Below, piece after piece: positions 8,285-17,802 of a stretch of DNA of 64,000 bases (position 1 is its first letter; every line of letters starts with the position of its first letter). Source of the stretch: Poseidonia sp. (GTDB taxonomy: Archaea > Thermoplasmatota > Poseidoniia > Poseidoniales > Poseidoniaceae). The stretch covers positions 1-64,000 of the forward strand of contig CBFIDD010000001.1 in the NCBI GenBank assembly GCA_965661285.1. Direction: 5' to 3'. A model generated the notes under the pieces. It saw nothing but the letters and a program-made list of their open reading frames with translations, had not been told where the DNA came from and made no database searches. The translations under genes were made by a program, and so were the position numbers.

Positions 8285-10513
8285 ATGACCGCTTGGCGTG
8301 ATGACAGGCGGGACGACCCTCAACCGTGCCGAGACCAAGACCACGGGAAATTCGAAATCACGCAGCGGGACGGCCGTGCTCGATTGGGTCGCCTCCACAC
8401 CCGTCACGGTATCCTCGAGACGCCGGCGCTCCTCCCGGTGGTCAATCCGAACATCCGCACCGTTGAACCAAGGGTGATGTGGGACAAGTACGGCATTCAG
8501 GCGCTGATTACGAATTCCTACATCATGTGGAAGCACGATGATCTTCGCACCGTTGCCCAAAACGACGGCGTGCACAAACTGCTCGATTTTCCCGGCGTGA
8601 TCATGACCGACTCTGGAACCTTCCAGTCCTATGTCTACGGGGATGTTGAGGTCGGCGTGGATGAAATCGTTGCCTTTCAACGCTCCATCGGTGTCGACAT
8701 CGCCACGATGTTGGATGTTTTCTCCCGACCCGACATGAAGGTGAGTGAGGTCGAGCACGCCGTTCGTGAGACCGAAGCACGGGCGGCGCAAAGCCTTGAG
8801 GCAGCAGAAACCACCATGCTCAACGGCCCGATTCAAGGCGGAATTTACCGTGAATTGCGCCAAATTTCAGCCCAACTGATGGGGGAGCACGACTTCGCTG
8901 TTCACCCCATTGGCGGCATCGTTCCCGTGATGGAGCAACAGCGCTACAAGGACTACGCGAAAATCATGTTGTCCAGCTTGCCCCTGCTCCCACCTAATCG
9001 CCCCGTTCACATGTTCGGGTGCGGCCACCCGATGCTCTTCCCGATGTCCATTGCACTGGGTGCCGACCTCTTCGATTCCGCTGCTTATGCGTTGTTTGCA
9101 AGGGACGGACGTCTGCTCACACCGTGGGGCACTGAACGCATCGACGACCTCGTCGATTGGCCGCTGTTGATGCCCTGTGTGGCGCAAACGACGCCAGAGG
9201 ACGTGCGAACATTGAGCCCGAAGAAGCAGGAGGAACTGTTGGCCCACTACAATCTCGAAGTGACCCTGGCCGAACTGGCCCGATGCAAGCAAGCGGTGCG
9301 TGAGGGCAAAATTTGGCAACTCGCAGAACAACGAAGCCACCAACACCCCGCCCTCAGAGAAGCCTTCCTTTGGCTGACCACCCCGCCGAACATGGACCGC
9401 CACGCGCGCCCCGACCGGTTCTACACGGACCGAGATGCTGCTCGAGACCGAGACCGAGACCAAGGCATGTGGGAGGACGCCTGGGACTGGGTGGTGTGGA
9501 GTCAATTAACGCCGCGAACAGGTGGCGTGATGTGGGGCGGCGACGACACCTTTGGACGGCCCCATGTCGCCAAGGCACGACGCACCCTTCACCTCCGATG
9601 GCAGTGCCGTCAAGATACCGAACATGTCGTGGTCTTCCACGGCATTCGAGGACCGTTTCGTGAGCGCATCAACGAGGTGTTGGAATGGCTCAAAGCGAAC
9701 CACCCCCGCCTCCAACCCGTCATCTTGACCCCGCTCGGACTGGTGCCAGCCTCGCTTGAAGACCTCAATCCCTTTGCCCACCTCGACGCACCGCCCTGGG
9801 TGCTTCGCCATCAACCGGAAGAGGATTGGATTCGCAGGGAGCTCGACCGCTTGGGTCTCCACGACCGTCCGTTCGCCACGGTGGACGTCCACGGCGACGG
9901 AATGAAACAGCGTATGGCGGAAGCCCTCGAGACGCTGAGCCTCGGAAATGATGTTCACAAGCCACTGAGCGAGGATGACCGGAACAACGCACGAGCATCC
10001 CTTCGGTTTGACCAAGGCGTGGACAAACAATCCGTGCTTCTCAACATGAACCGCGGCGATGCAGAGCAGGTGATGAACGGTGCGACCTACGTCGTGAATC
10101 GAGAAGGGCGTATGAAGAACATCAACGACGCCAACGGCGCCCATCTGTTCAGCCCACGTTTGCGGGACGGCGGGCTTTCCCTTGCAACGGCCGGTGCGCT
10201 CGCGCTCCTGGAGACTCGCCGTGAATCGCTACCAACAACGCTTCCTCACACCGAATGGTGGGGGCACGGCTCCAAGGGACCGGCCATCGTCGTGGTCAAC
10301 GAAGACGCCGAGCCCTTTGTTCGAAAAGGACGCAATGTCTTCCACGGCTTCGTGCTCGCTTGCGACCCATGGTTGGCGCCTGGAGAGGCGTGCATCATCA
10401 CCGACCAAAGCGGCGCCCTGTTGGGTCATGGCCTGGCGCAGTGCACCTCCACCGAGATGGCCGTGTTCGCCAAAGGCATCGCTGTGAAAACCCGAGGCGG
10501 CTACAAAGGTTGA
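8285..10513 (+). CDS. tgtA: Archaeosine tRNA-guanine(15) transglycosylase with C-terminal PUA domain
   Basis: ETPALLPV, MTDSGTFQ, IGGIVP, HMFGCGHP, DLFDSAAY; C-terminal PUA (PFVRKGRNVF...GIAVKTR). Confidence 0.95.
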   Translation: MTAWRDDRRDDPQPCRDQDHGKFEITQRDGRARLGRLHTRHGILETPALLPVVNPNIRTVEPRVMWDKYGIQALITNSYIMWKHDDLRTVAQNDGVHKLLDFPGVIMTDSGTFQSYVYGDVEVGVDEIVAFQRSIGVDIATMLDVFSRPDMKVSEVEHAVRETEARAAQSLEAAETTMLNGPIQGGIYRELRQISAQLMGEHDFAVHPIGGIVPVMEQQRYKDYAKIMLSSLPLLPPNRPVHMFGCGHPMLFPMSIALGADLFDSAAYALFARDGRLLTPWGTERIDDLVDWPLLMPCVAQTTPEDVRTLSPKKQEELLAHYNLEVTLAELARCKQAVREGKIWQLAEQRSHQHPALREAFLWLTTPPNMDRHARPDRFYTDRDAARDRDRDQGMWEDAWDWVVWSQLTPRTGGVMWGGDDTFGRPHVAKARRTLHLRWQCRQDTEHVVVFHGIRGPFRERINEVLEWLKANHPRLQPVILTPLGLVPASLEDLNPFAHLDAPPWVLRHQPEEDWIRRELDRLGLHDRPFATVDVHGDGMKQRMAEALETLSLGNDVHKPLSEDDRNNARASLRFDQGVDKQSVLLNMNRGDAEQVMNGATYVVNREGRMKNINDANGAHLFSPRLRDGGLSLATAGALALLETRRESLPTTLPHTEWWGHGSKGPAIVVVNEDAEPFVRKGRNVFHGFVLACDPWLAPGEACIITDQSGALLGHGLAQCTSTEMAVFAKGIAVKTRGGYKG

Positions 10514-10580
10514 ACTTTCACAGTACATCAAACGAAAGCCTTCATGGGTCGTCGTCCATCACAGTGAGCCGGAGAGACCC

Positions 10581-11591
10581 ATGGCGGATGAACCGATCAT
10601 CCAAACCACGTCGCTCACCAAGGCTTACGGCCCGCATGTGGCCCTTGACAACCTCAACATCAACATCCCACGAGGCGCTACCGGTCTGCTGGGCCAAAAC
10701 GGGGCAGGGAAATCGACGTTCCTGAAAACCATCCTTGGCCTCATTCAAGCGACGTCCGGAGAAGGCACGGTACTTGGCTACGACATCCGCAACCAAGGCG
10801 TTGAGATTCGGCAGCGAATCGGCTACATGCCCGAATACGACGCCCTCAATCCCGACATGGACGCCATCCATCAGGTCCGATACTCTGGCGAACTGCTGGG
10901 AATGAACCCGGTCGTTGCGATGAACCGAGCCCATGAAGCCCTGCAATTCGTCGGCATGGGCGAACAGCGCTACCGTGAAATCGGCAGTTTCTCCACGGGG
11001 ATGAAGCAAGCGACGAAACTGGCCTGCGCCATCATCCACGACCCCGACCTGCTCATCGCCGATGAGCCGTCAAACGGGTTGGACACCAAAGCCAGAGAAT
11101 TCATGATTTCAACCCTCAACACCATGGTCAACGATGCCAACCGCTCCATCCTCATGGCGAGCCACCTGATGGACGATGTCGAGCGCGTGTGCGAGAACAT
11201 CATCCTGCTGCACAAAGGCACGCTCGCAGCCCAAGGGAAAATCGAGGATTTGAAAGCCATTGACCGAGAAATCGAAATCCACGTGTGGGGCGGTGCTACG
11301 CCGCTTGAGGAGCGCTTGACCAGCCAAGGCTTCCGGGTACGACGAGAAGGTCGCGTCATGCGCATCGCCCATACCGAAGACGACACGACGACGCACATTC
11401 TGCAAGCCGCCGCCGACGTGGGCGCACAAATTCGTCGCATGCACGAATACCAGGCCTCGCTTGAAGACCTCTTTTTGGCCATCATGGACAACCTCGGCTA
11501 CAACGTCAAATCCAGCGATGATCTGCTCAAATCACCTGTCGAGGCACGAAGAGTGGACGCGCCGGAATCGCTCGGAGGTGGCGGGGCGTGA
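10581..11591 (+). CDS. ABC transporter ATP-binding protein
   Basis: Walker A GQNGAGKST, signature FSTGMKQ, Walker B LIADEP, SH switch. Confidence 0.93.
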   Translation: MADEPIIQTTSLTKAYGPHVALDNLNINIPRGATGLLGQNGAGKSTFLKTILGLIQATSGEGTVLGYDIRNQGVEIRQRIGYMPEYDALNPDMDAIHQVRYSGELLGMNPVVAMNRAHEALQFVGMGEQRYREIGSFSTGMKQATKLACAIIHDPDLLIADEPSNGLDTKAREFMISTLNTMVNDANRSILMASHLMDDVERVCENIILLHKGTLAAQGKIEDLKAIDREIEIHVWGGATPLEERLTSQGFRVRREGRVMRIAHTEDDTTTHILQAAADVGAQIRRMHEYQASLEDLFLAIMDNLGYNVKSSDDLLKSPVEARRVDAPESLGGGGA

Positions 11592-12601
11592 GCGAAGAAG
11601 ACCTCAACCCGGAGGCCCCGGTGACCGGCCAAGGCCGCATGGACGTGGCGTGGGGAGCCAACACCGGCGATGAACATCCCGAACAGGTTGCTCAAGCGTC
11701 GACGGCCAAGAGTGGCGAAATTTTCGAGCAGTTGTACACGCCCTGGACCGGGCAATTGAACCCTCGTTGGATGCGAAACTGGTCCATTCTTCGTCATCAT
11801 CTTTTGGGGATTTTCAAGAAGGGCCACCGGCCGTGGACCATGCCGACGCGAATCTTCATTCTCATTGCATTTCTCGCCTCGCTCTCGGATGCCGGCATGA
11901 CCCTGCTTTCGGGACTTGTGGGCAGTTCGGAATTCCATTCCTTGTTTGGCGTGAGCCGGGATAATCTCTACGGACACGTCTTGGGCTTCTTTCCACGAAA
12001 CGTGCTCTACTACCCCATCGTCGCTGCTCTGCTGGTGGGAGGGGTCATTTCCGAAGACCGCCAACACGGCACCTCTGCGCTCTACTTCTCACGCCCCATC
12101 TCCCGATTTGACTACGTGGGCATGAAATTCATCTCGGTAGCGATGATCCAAGCCTTGGTCATTCTCGTAACCTACATTCTCTATTTCCTCGCTGAAGTGG
12201 TCGCCTACGGACGAGGATGGGCGTGGATGGTCGATGTCTTCCCCATGTTCCTCGCCGGGATGATCGCCGGTCTTCTCCTGATTTTCACCTACACCAGCAT
12301 CGGCCTCAGTCTCTCGAGCGTCTCAACGGGGCGGTTTTTCCCGGGCATTGGCCTCCTCGCCATCGTGTTTGGGACGAAAACCCTTGCAAGCATCGTGAAG
12401 AACCTGTTTGAGCGAGAAATTCTCTACCTGATTTCGCCCTACGATTGCGCAGCACATGTTGGCCAGGCCCTCATCGGCACCCAGACCACCTATGACCAGT
12501 ACTCCTGGACCTATTCTTTGGTGGCCCTGGTGGCCATGAACGCCCTGGCCCTCTACGTCCTCGCCTCTCGCGTGGCCTCCATGGAGGTGACCCGTGAATG
12601 A
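11588..12601 (+). CDS. ABC-2 type permease
   Basis: About 6 TM segments; ISEDRQHGTSALYFSRPISRFDY motif; overlaps the ATPase stop. Confidence 0.87.
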   Translation: MSEEDLNPEAPVTGQGRMDVAWGANTGDEHPEQVAQASTAKSGEIFEQLYTPWTGQLNPRWMRNWSILRHHLLGIFKKGHRPWTMPTRIFILIAFLASLSDAGMTLLSGLVGSSEFHSLFGVSRDNLYGHVLGFFPRNVLYYPIVAALLVGGVISEDRQHGTSALYFSRPISRFDYVGMKFISVAMIQALVILVTYILYFLAEVVAYGRGWAWMVDVFPMFLAGMIAGLLLIFTYTSIGLSLSSVSTGRFFPGIGLLAIVFGTKTLASIVKNLFEREILYLISPYDCAAHVGQALIGTQTTYDQYSWTYSLVALVAMNALALYVLASRVASMEVTRE

Positions 12602-13581
12602 TGCCCGACATGAACCAACAGGGCCACGGCGGGCCTTCACCGGCGGCGCCCAACGTCCCGGTCGTTCTGTTCAACGGTGTTTCGAAATCCTACGGTCGCA
12701 TTCACGCCCTGAGCAACATCACCCTCGGTTTGAGCGGCGGTGTCACTGGAATCCTCGGCATGAACGGAGCCGGGAAATCAACGTTGTTCAAACTCCTCAT
12801 GGGGAAACTTCGACCCAGTGCGGGTGAGGTCAAACTCTTCGGCATGAACCCGTGGAAGAACCCCGCCCCGTATGCAAAGGTGGGGTTCGTTCCCGAGCAT
12901 GAAAAGATGCACGATTGGATGACGGCGCTGGAGTTTGTCAGCACCTTTGCCAGATTGCACGGCATGACTCGGAAAGAAGCAGAACGAGAGGCCATTCGGG
13001 TGTTGGATTTCGTGGGCTTGAGCGACGTGGTCAACAAAGAGATCGGGCGCTTCTCAAAGGGGATGCGCCAGCGAACGAAAATCGCTCACGCCCTGGTCAA
13101 CGACCCTGAACTCATCATCCTCGACGAGCCCCTCCAAGGGTGCGACCCGCTGGCTCGGACCACCATCATGAACGTGATTCGTGAACTCGGAAAACTCGGT
13201 CGCACGGTGCTCGTCAGCAGCCATATCCTCAGCGAGATTGAACGCATCACGGAACAAATCGTCATCCTTCATCAAGGAAAGTTGGTCGCCCTTGGAAACC
13301 TCCACGCCATCAGGGAACGGCTGGATCAAATCCCCCATACCATCCGTATCGTTGGCGAGGGCGCAAGAGCGCTCGGCAGGGATTTGCTGGGCCACCCGGC
13401 GTTGTTTGGCGTCAGTTTCCCAAGCGATGAGGAGCTGTTGGTTCAAACCTACCACTTTGGTCAACTGCACGCAGAACTGCCGAGAATCATCGTTGAAAAC
13501 AACCACAAAGTCAGCGTGATCGACAACCCGGACGACGATCTTGAATCATTGCTCAATTATCTCGCAGGAGGGGGCGTATGA
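12598..13581 (+). CDS. ABC transporter ATP-binding protein
   Basis: GMNGAGKST, FSKGMRQR, ILDEP, SSH. Confidence 0.93.
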   Translation: MMPDMNQQGHGGPSPAAPNVPVVLFNGVSKSYGRIHALSNITLGLSGGVTGILGMNGAGKSTLFKLLMGKLRPSAGEVKLFGMNPWKNPAPYAKVGFVPEHEKMHDWMTALEFVSTFARLHGMTRKEAEREAIRVLDFVGLSDVVNKEIGRFSKGMRQRTKIAHALVNDPELIILDEPLQGCDPLARTTIMNVIRELGKLGRTVLVSSHILSEIERITEQIVILHQGKLVALGNLHAIRERLDQIPHTIRIVGEGARALGRDLLGHPALFGVSFPSDEELLVQTYHFGQLHAELPRIIVENNHKVSVIDNPDDDLESLLNYLAGGGV

Positions 13582-14876
13582 AACAAGGCGAACTCCCGAG
13601 CTTGTGGAGCGGGATGGACCGGAAGGCGCTCGCCATCGGTGAATTTACGCTCAGGCAGCAGCGAAAGCGCCTCTCGACCTGGGTCGTGCTGCTGGTTGGC
13701 ATTGCAGCCATGGGCGTGCTGACGATGTTTTACATCGACGCCATGACGCGCGATTACGAAGCGATCGACAATGACGGTGATTCCTACGATTGGGACGGCG
13801 ATGGTTACCCCAACGGCCAGGAAAACCTGTACGGCACGGACATTTTCGATGACCAATCCCATCCCGGCATCCTCGACCCGACGGTGCTACCCGACGACCC
13901 GAGCGTGTGGATCAACGAGGACGATTTTGACTGGGACGCCCTTGCTGAAGGAAGCGTGGGATACGACGACAACGGCGACTGCAACGTTGAAGCCCGCACA
14001 GCCTCACAAAAAGACGCCAACAACAACGGCATTCCCTGCGACATCCAAATCTCCGAGGAACGCTGGAACCCCGGCGCCTATGTCATCCGCTCGGACGGGA
14101 ACGTCGACGAAGACCCTGACGACGAGGCCTACGCATTGGAATCCATTCACCGAAGTTTCGTACTGGCCATCGGCAAACTCGGTGTGGTTTTCCTCATCGG
14201 CATCTTCGTCCCCCTCTTCATGGCCACCGGCCTGATACGAAACGAAATGACATCGGGCACCATGCACTTCATGCTCGCCAAACCCATCGCCCGCGGTGAA
14301 GTCTTCCTCTACCGTTTGCTCGGATTCTATGCGCTGGCGTGGGTCTATCTGACCGTTTTAATCGCACTTTTGGCCATCATCACGGGACTGGCTGGCCCCA
14401 GTGAGGGCTTCTTCCGATTCAGTGACCTCGGCGTGTGGATGTCGATTTGGTTGGCTGCTGTGTTGGCCATCATGGTCTACGGGATGCTGTTTTGCACCCT
14501 CGGTGTGATGTGGAAACACGGCATGGTGCTGGCCTTGCCGTTTGCCGCTTGGGAGTTGGGCATGATTCTGACCACCCTCGGAGCACCGGACGCCTCCATC
14601 CTTCGGTTTTCGGTCATCGGTTGGGCCATGAACATCGTCGATGCCGGTGCAGCACTCGCATGGTCGGACACACCGCTGTTGATTCAGATGGGGCTATGGG
14701 GCGGTGGCTCCGGCTCCCTCGAGGGCGCCGAGGCCCTCAACGTGTTTTGGTCGACGCCCGGACTTGGCCTGGGAGCCCTCGGAACCATCGTCGTCTCCGT
14801 CCTCGTGCTCCTGTTCCAAACGTCGGCGTGTTGGCTCCTCGGGAGTGCGCTGTTCAAATCCAAAGAAATCGAATGA
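13578..14876 (+). CDS. ABC-2 type permease with Asp-rich extracellular insert
   Basis: EMTSGTMHFMLAKPIAR motif, multiple TMs, DxDxDG-type repeats after TM1. Confidence 0.87.
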   Translation: MKQGELPSLWSGMDRKALAIGEFTLRQQRKRLSTWVVLLVGIAAMGVLTMFYIDAMTRDYEAIDNDGDSYDWDGDGYPNGQENLYGTDIFDDQSHPGILDPTVLPDDPSVWINEDDFDWDALAEGSVGYDDNGDCNVEARTASQKDANNNGIPCDIQISEERWNPGAYVIRSDGNVDEDPDDEAYALESIHRSFVLAIGKLGVVFLIGIFVPLFMATGLIRNEMTSGTMHFMLAKPIARGEVFLYRLLGFYALAWVYLTVLIALLAIITGLAGPSEGFFRFSDLGVWMSIWLAAVLAIMVYGMLFCTLGVMWKHGMVLALPFAAWELGMILTTLGAPDASILRFSVIGWAMNIVDAGAALAWSDTPLLIQMGLWGGGSGSLEGAEALNVFWSTPGLGLGALGTIVVSVLVLLFQTSACWLLGSALFKSKEIE

Positions 14877-14885
14877 GGTGCGACC

Positions 14886-16091
14886 ATGGTAGAATCCAGC
14901 GCGCTTAACACGTTCCAAGGTGACTTCTCCACCATGTGGAAACTTGGGATTCGAGAGCCGCTCTGGCACATGACCTGGGATTGGTGGTGGTGGCTGGTCA
15001 TGATCGACGACCCCGACGGCGAACGTTGGGGAAAACAGTTGATGGTGTTGTGGTCGACCAAAGACAACGACCGCGTGGAGGTGAACAACACGCCGTGGAT
15101 GCCCAAAGGCCGTCCGGGCGTTGATGCCGACGGTGGCATGGTCCTCGACGGCATGGTATGTGCGTGGTGGTTTGACGGTCAACGCATGTACGAACCGTAC
15201 ATCAAGCGGACCTGCAACATGGTCGCGATGGCAGATGACCACCCTGCATGGCCCGGTTCGGGTTTGGGCGAGGGTGGTGGCGCCGTCGTACCGCTGCTTC
15301 CCGACGACCTTTCCATGGGTCTCCACAGCGAGAAGCAGGCGTTTTGGTTGAACCTCAGAGGCGACAAAGAAGCCGTTGAAAACGGTGCACCTGCGTCCAT
15401 GCAGTTGTCCCTCACACCGTGGAACCCCGCGATGTCGGTGGCTCGCCCTTCCACGGCGACATACGCTGCTTCCATGGGGTATGATATTCTTCGAGTGCAT
15501 GGATCACGGGTCAAGGGAGCGATTGACGGTGAGGAGGTCACGGGCACCGCATATTTCCAGAAGGTGTGCGTCCAAGCTCCATCACCACCGTGGTATTGGG
15601 GCGTACTTCATTTCGAAGACGGCTCCTACATGGACTGGTTCCTTCCCCACCTTTCACCAACCATGACCGCCCGAACACCTCGCCCGTGGAAAAAACGGGA
15701 CATCAAGCACATCGCACTCTCGCAAGGTGGTCTCTTTCACGACGCAAAGCACCAACGAACCGAGCGTTTCGCTCGCGTCAAGGTGGAAAAACTCGTATCC
15801 GACCGTCTTGAAGGCGGCCACGGCCATCATCCCGGCGCACCTCTTCCAAAATTCAACGTCCACATGTGGAACGGGCGGACGAGTATCAAACTGACCGTGG
15901 AAGCGGTCGACAGAGCGCACTGGCACTTTGACCAACCAACACGAGGAGGGTTGTGGTCTCACCTGACCTACAACGAATACCCGCTTGACGTGACGAGGTT
16001 GGAAATCACCGACGAATTTGGACGAAGAACACGGCAAGACTACGGATGGGCCCGTGGCAACGCCGAGCATGCATGGGGCGTTTTACACTGA
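14886..16091 (+). CDS. Conserved hypothetical Trp-rich beta protein (possibly AttH/CrtC/tocopherol-cyclase-like fold)
   Basis: 401 aa ORF with WDWWWWL, GEEVTGTAYFQK, PWYWG and terminal GNAEHAWG. The fold is an inference. Confidence 0.6.
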   Translation: MVESSALNTFQGDFSTMWKLGIREPLWHMTWDWWWWLVMIDDPDGERWGKQLMVLWSTKDNDRVEVNNTPWMPKGRPGVDADGGMVLDGMVCAWWFDGQRMYEPYIKRTCNMVAMADDHPAWPGSGLGEGGGAVVPLLPDDLSMGLHSEKQAFWLNLRGDKEAVENGAPASMQLSLTPWNPAMSVARPSTATYAASMGYDILRVHGSRVKGAIDGEEVTGTAYFQKVCVQAPSPPWYWGVLHFEDGSYMDWFLPHLSPTMTARTPRPWKKRDIKHIALSQGGLFHDAKHQRTERFARVKVEKLVSDRLEGGHGHHPGAPLPKFNVHMWNGRTSIKLTVEAVDRAHWHFDQPTRGGLWSHLTYNEYPLDVTRLEITDEFGRRTRQDYGWARGNAEHAWGVLH

Positions 16092-16157
16092 AAATAGCAC
16101 GCCTCACAGGGGAAGTTATTTGATTCACCTTGTAACATCATAGAACGAGGACACGGT

Positions 16158-17207
16158 ATGAGCGAAGAGCAGGTGACCGAAGAAACGGCCGAGGAGCCGG
16201 CAGAAGAGGTCAAGGAATCCTCCGGAGCAGATGCGTCCGCCCGGGATAAGTTTCGCCTCATCGCCGGTGAAGAAATTCTCGAGAATGGATTGGCACGACC
16301 AAGCACCCTCGCTTTCCTCGGCATGTACGTGCTCGGAGCCCTCGTCTTTGGTGTCCACTTGCTGTTCGCAAGAGGCATCAACCCCGCAGACGATGCATCC
16401 TTTTTGCTGAAGTTCACTGCAAAGCTCATCGAAGTCACCAGTTGGGAAAGCCTCCCCATCGGCTTCGTGCTGACCATGGGATTCCTGACCTGGGCCAACC
16501 GTATGCTCAACGTTTCAACATCAGGCAGATGGGTCACGACGGCCCTTTTGGTGGTGACCTTCTTGCCGCTCGTCATCACGGCAGACAACCTCATCGGCGC
16601 CATTGCAGGGTTGTTTGGGGCTGAGGAAGGTGCGTTCGATTTCATACCCATCAACTCCTACAACTACATCATCGCTGGAACGACCTTCACGCTGCTCTTC
16701 TGGGCATTGACCTACAAATATCAACGCAGCTTTTCCTATGTGGTCACCTCAAACGCCATCATCTACCACCACGCCTTTTTGCTCTCAAGGTCGCACCGAC
16801 GCATCCTCTTTGACCGCATCTCCGAAGTGATGGTTGAACGAACACCCATGGGTACGATGCTGGGCTACGCTACCGTGACCATCATGACCGATTCTGGCGT
16901 CGGCCTGATGGAAGAAACCGTCGGCGTCAACGCAGGTGCAGGCGCTCTACCAGGGACAGGAGCAAGTGCAGACGATTCCACAGCGGAAAAGGTCCGCAAA
17001 GGCTTCATGCGCTCCTTCTTTGCTTTCTTGACGTACCAGCGAACCACGCGTCGTGTTGACCACGACCCACGACATTGTTTCTACAAAATCCGCAAGTGGG
17101 AAGGCATCAAGATGATGCTCAACGAGATGCACCGAAAACATTCACAATCCAACATGTTGGAAGACATCAAGAGCGCCCTGACCACAGAAGAAGAAACCGA
17201 GGCTTGA
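16158..17207 (+). CDS. Membrane protein with bacterial PH (bPH_2-like) domain
   Basis: 4-5 TMs followed by YVVTSNAIIY...RILFDRISEVMVERTPMGTMLGYATVTI. Confidence 0.75.
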   Translation: MSEEQVTEETAEEPAEEVKESSGADASARDKFRLIAGEEILENGLARPSTLAFLGMYVLGALVFGVHLLFARGINPADDASFLLKFTAKLIEVTSWESLPIGFVLTMGFLTWANRMLNVSTSGRWVTTALLVVTFLPLVITADNLIGAIAGLFGAEEGAFDFIPINSYNYIIAGTTFTLLFWALTYKYQRSFSYVVTSNAIIYHHAFLLSRSHRRILFDRISEVMVERTPMGTMLGYATVTIMTDSGVGLMEETVGVNAGAGALPGTGASADDSTAEKVRKGFMRSFFAFLTYQRTTRRVDHDPRHCFYKIRKWEGIKMMLNEMHRKHSQSNMLEDIKSALTTEEETEA

Positions 17208-17271
17208 GGGCAACGGTCGCTGACCGAGCCTTGAAAAACCAATTCGGCTACGCCAAGCCGGAGAAGAGAAC

Positions 17272-17790
17272 ATGGTCGGTGAATTGTTGGAGAAGCCCAT
17301 TGAACTGTTCCGCAAAGGCGACATTGACGGAGCCCTCGCAGACTTGGAAGACAAGATCGGAAATCACGCCGATGTCCCTCAACTTCACCACATGTGGGCA
17401 GAGTTTGCGAACATGAAGAACATGGAAGCACAAGACGACGTCATCGCCGGTCGAAAAATCATGAACGCCTACAAGAAAGCCATGGAGCTTGACGAGGAGA
17501 ACATGGAATACATCGCAGACTTCGCTTCCTTTGCCCTTGAATGCCGACGAATTCCAGTCGCTGTGAAGGAATTCCAGCGCTATGCACGACGCCTCGAGTT
17601 GGAAGACATCCCCGTCGATGAAGTGCTCTTCACCGCCAGTCGAAACCTCGTGGATGCCATCGAGGTGATGGACCCGAGCCGGCAAGCACCGATGATTCAA
17701 CCGTGGCTGAAACAAGCCTTGGAATGGGCCGTTGGGGCGCTCGGATTTTCCACCGAGGACGCCATCGCCACCCTCAGTTCTGACGAATGA
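17272..17790 (+). CDS. Hypothetical alpha-helical (TPR-like) protein
   Basis: 172 aa; AYKKAMELDEEN is TPR-like; SD-like GGAGAAGAG upstream. Confidence 0.7.
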   Translation: MVGELLEKPIELFRKGDIDGALADLEDKIGNHADVPQLHHMWAEFANMKNMEAQDDVIAGRKIMNAYKKAMELDEENMEYIADFASFALECRRIPVAVKEFQRYARRLELEDIPVDEVLFTASRNLVDAIEVMDPSRQAPMIQPWLKQALEWAVGALGFSTEDAIATLSSDE

Positions 17791-17802
17791 GGAGAGGGTG
17801 TT

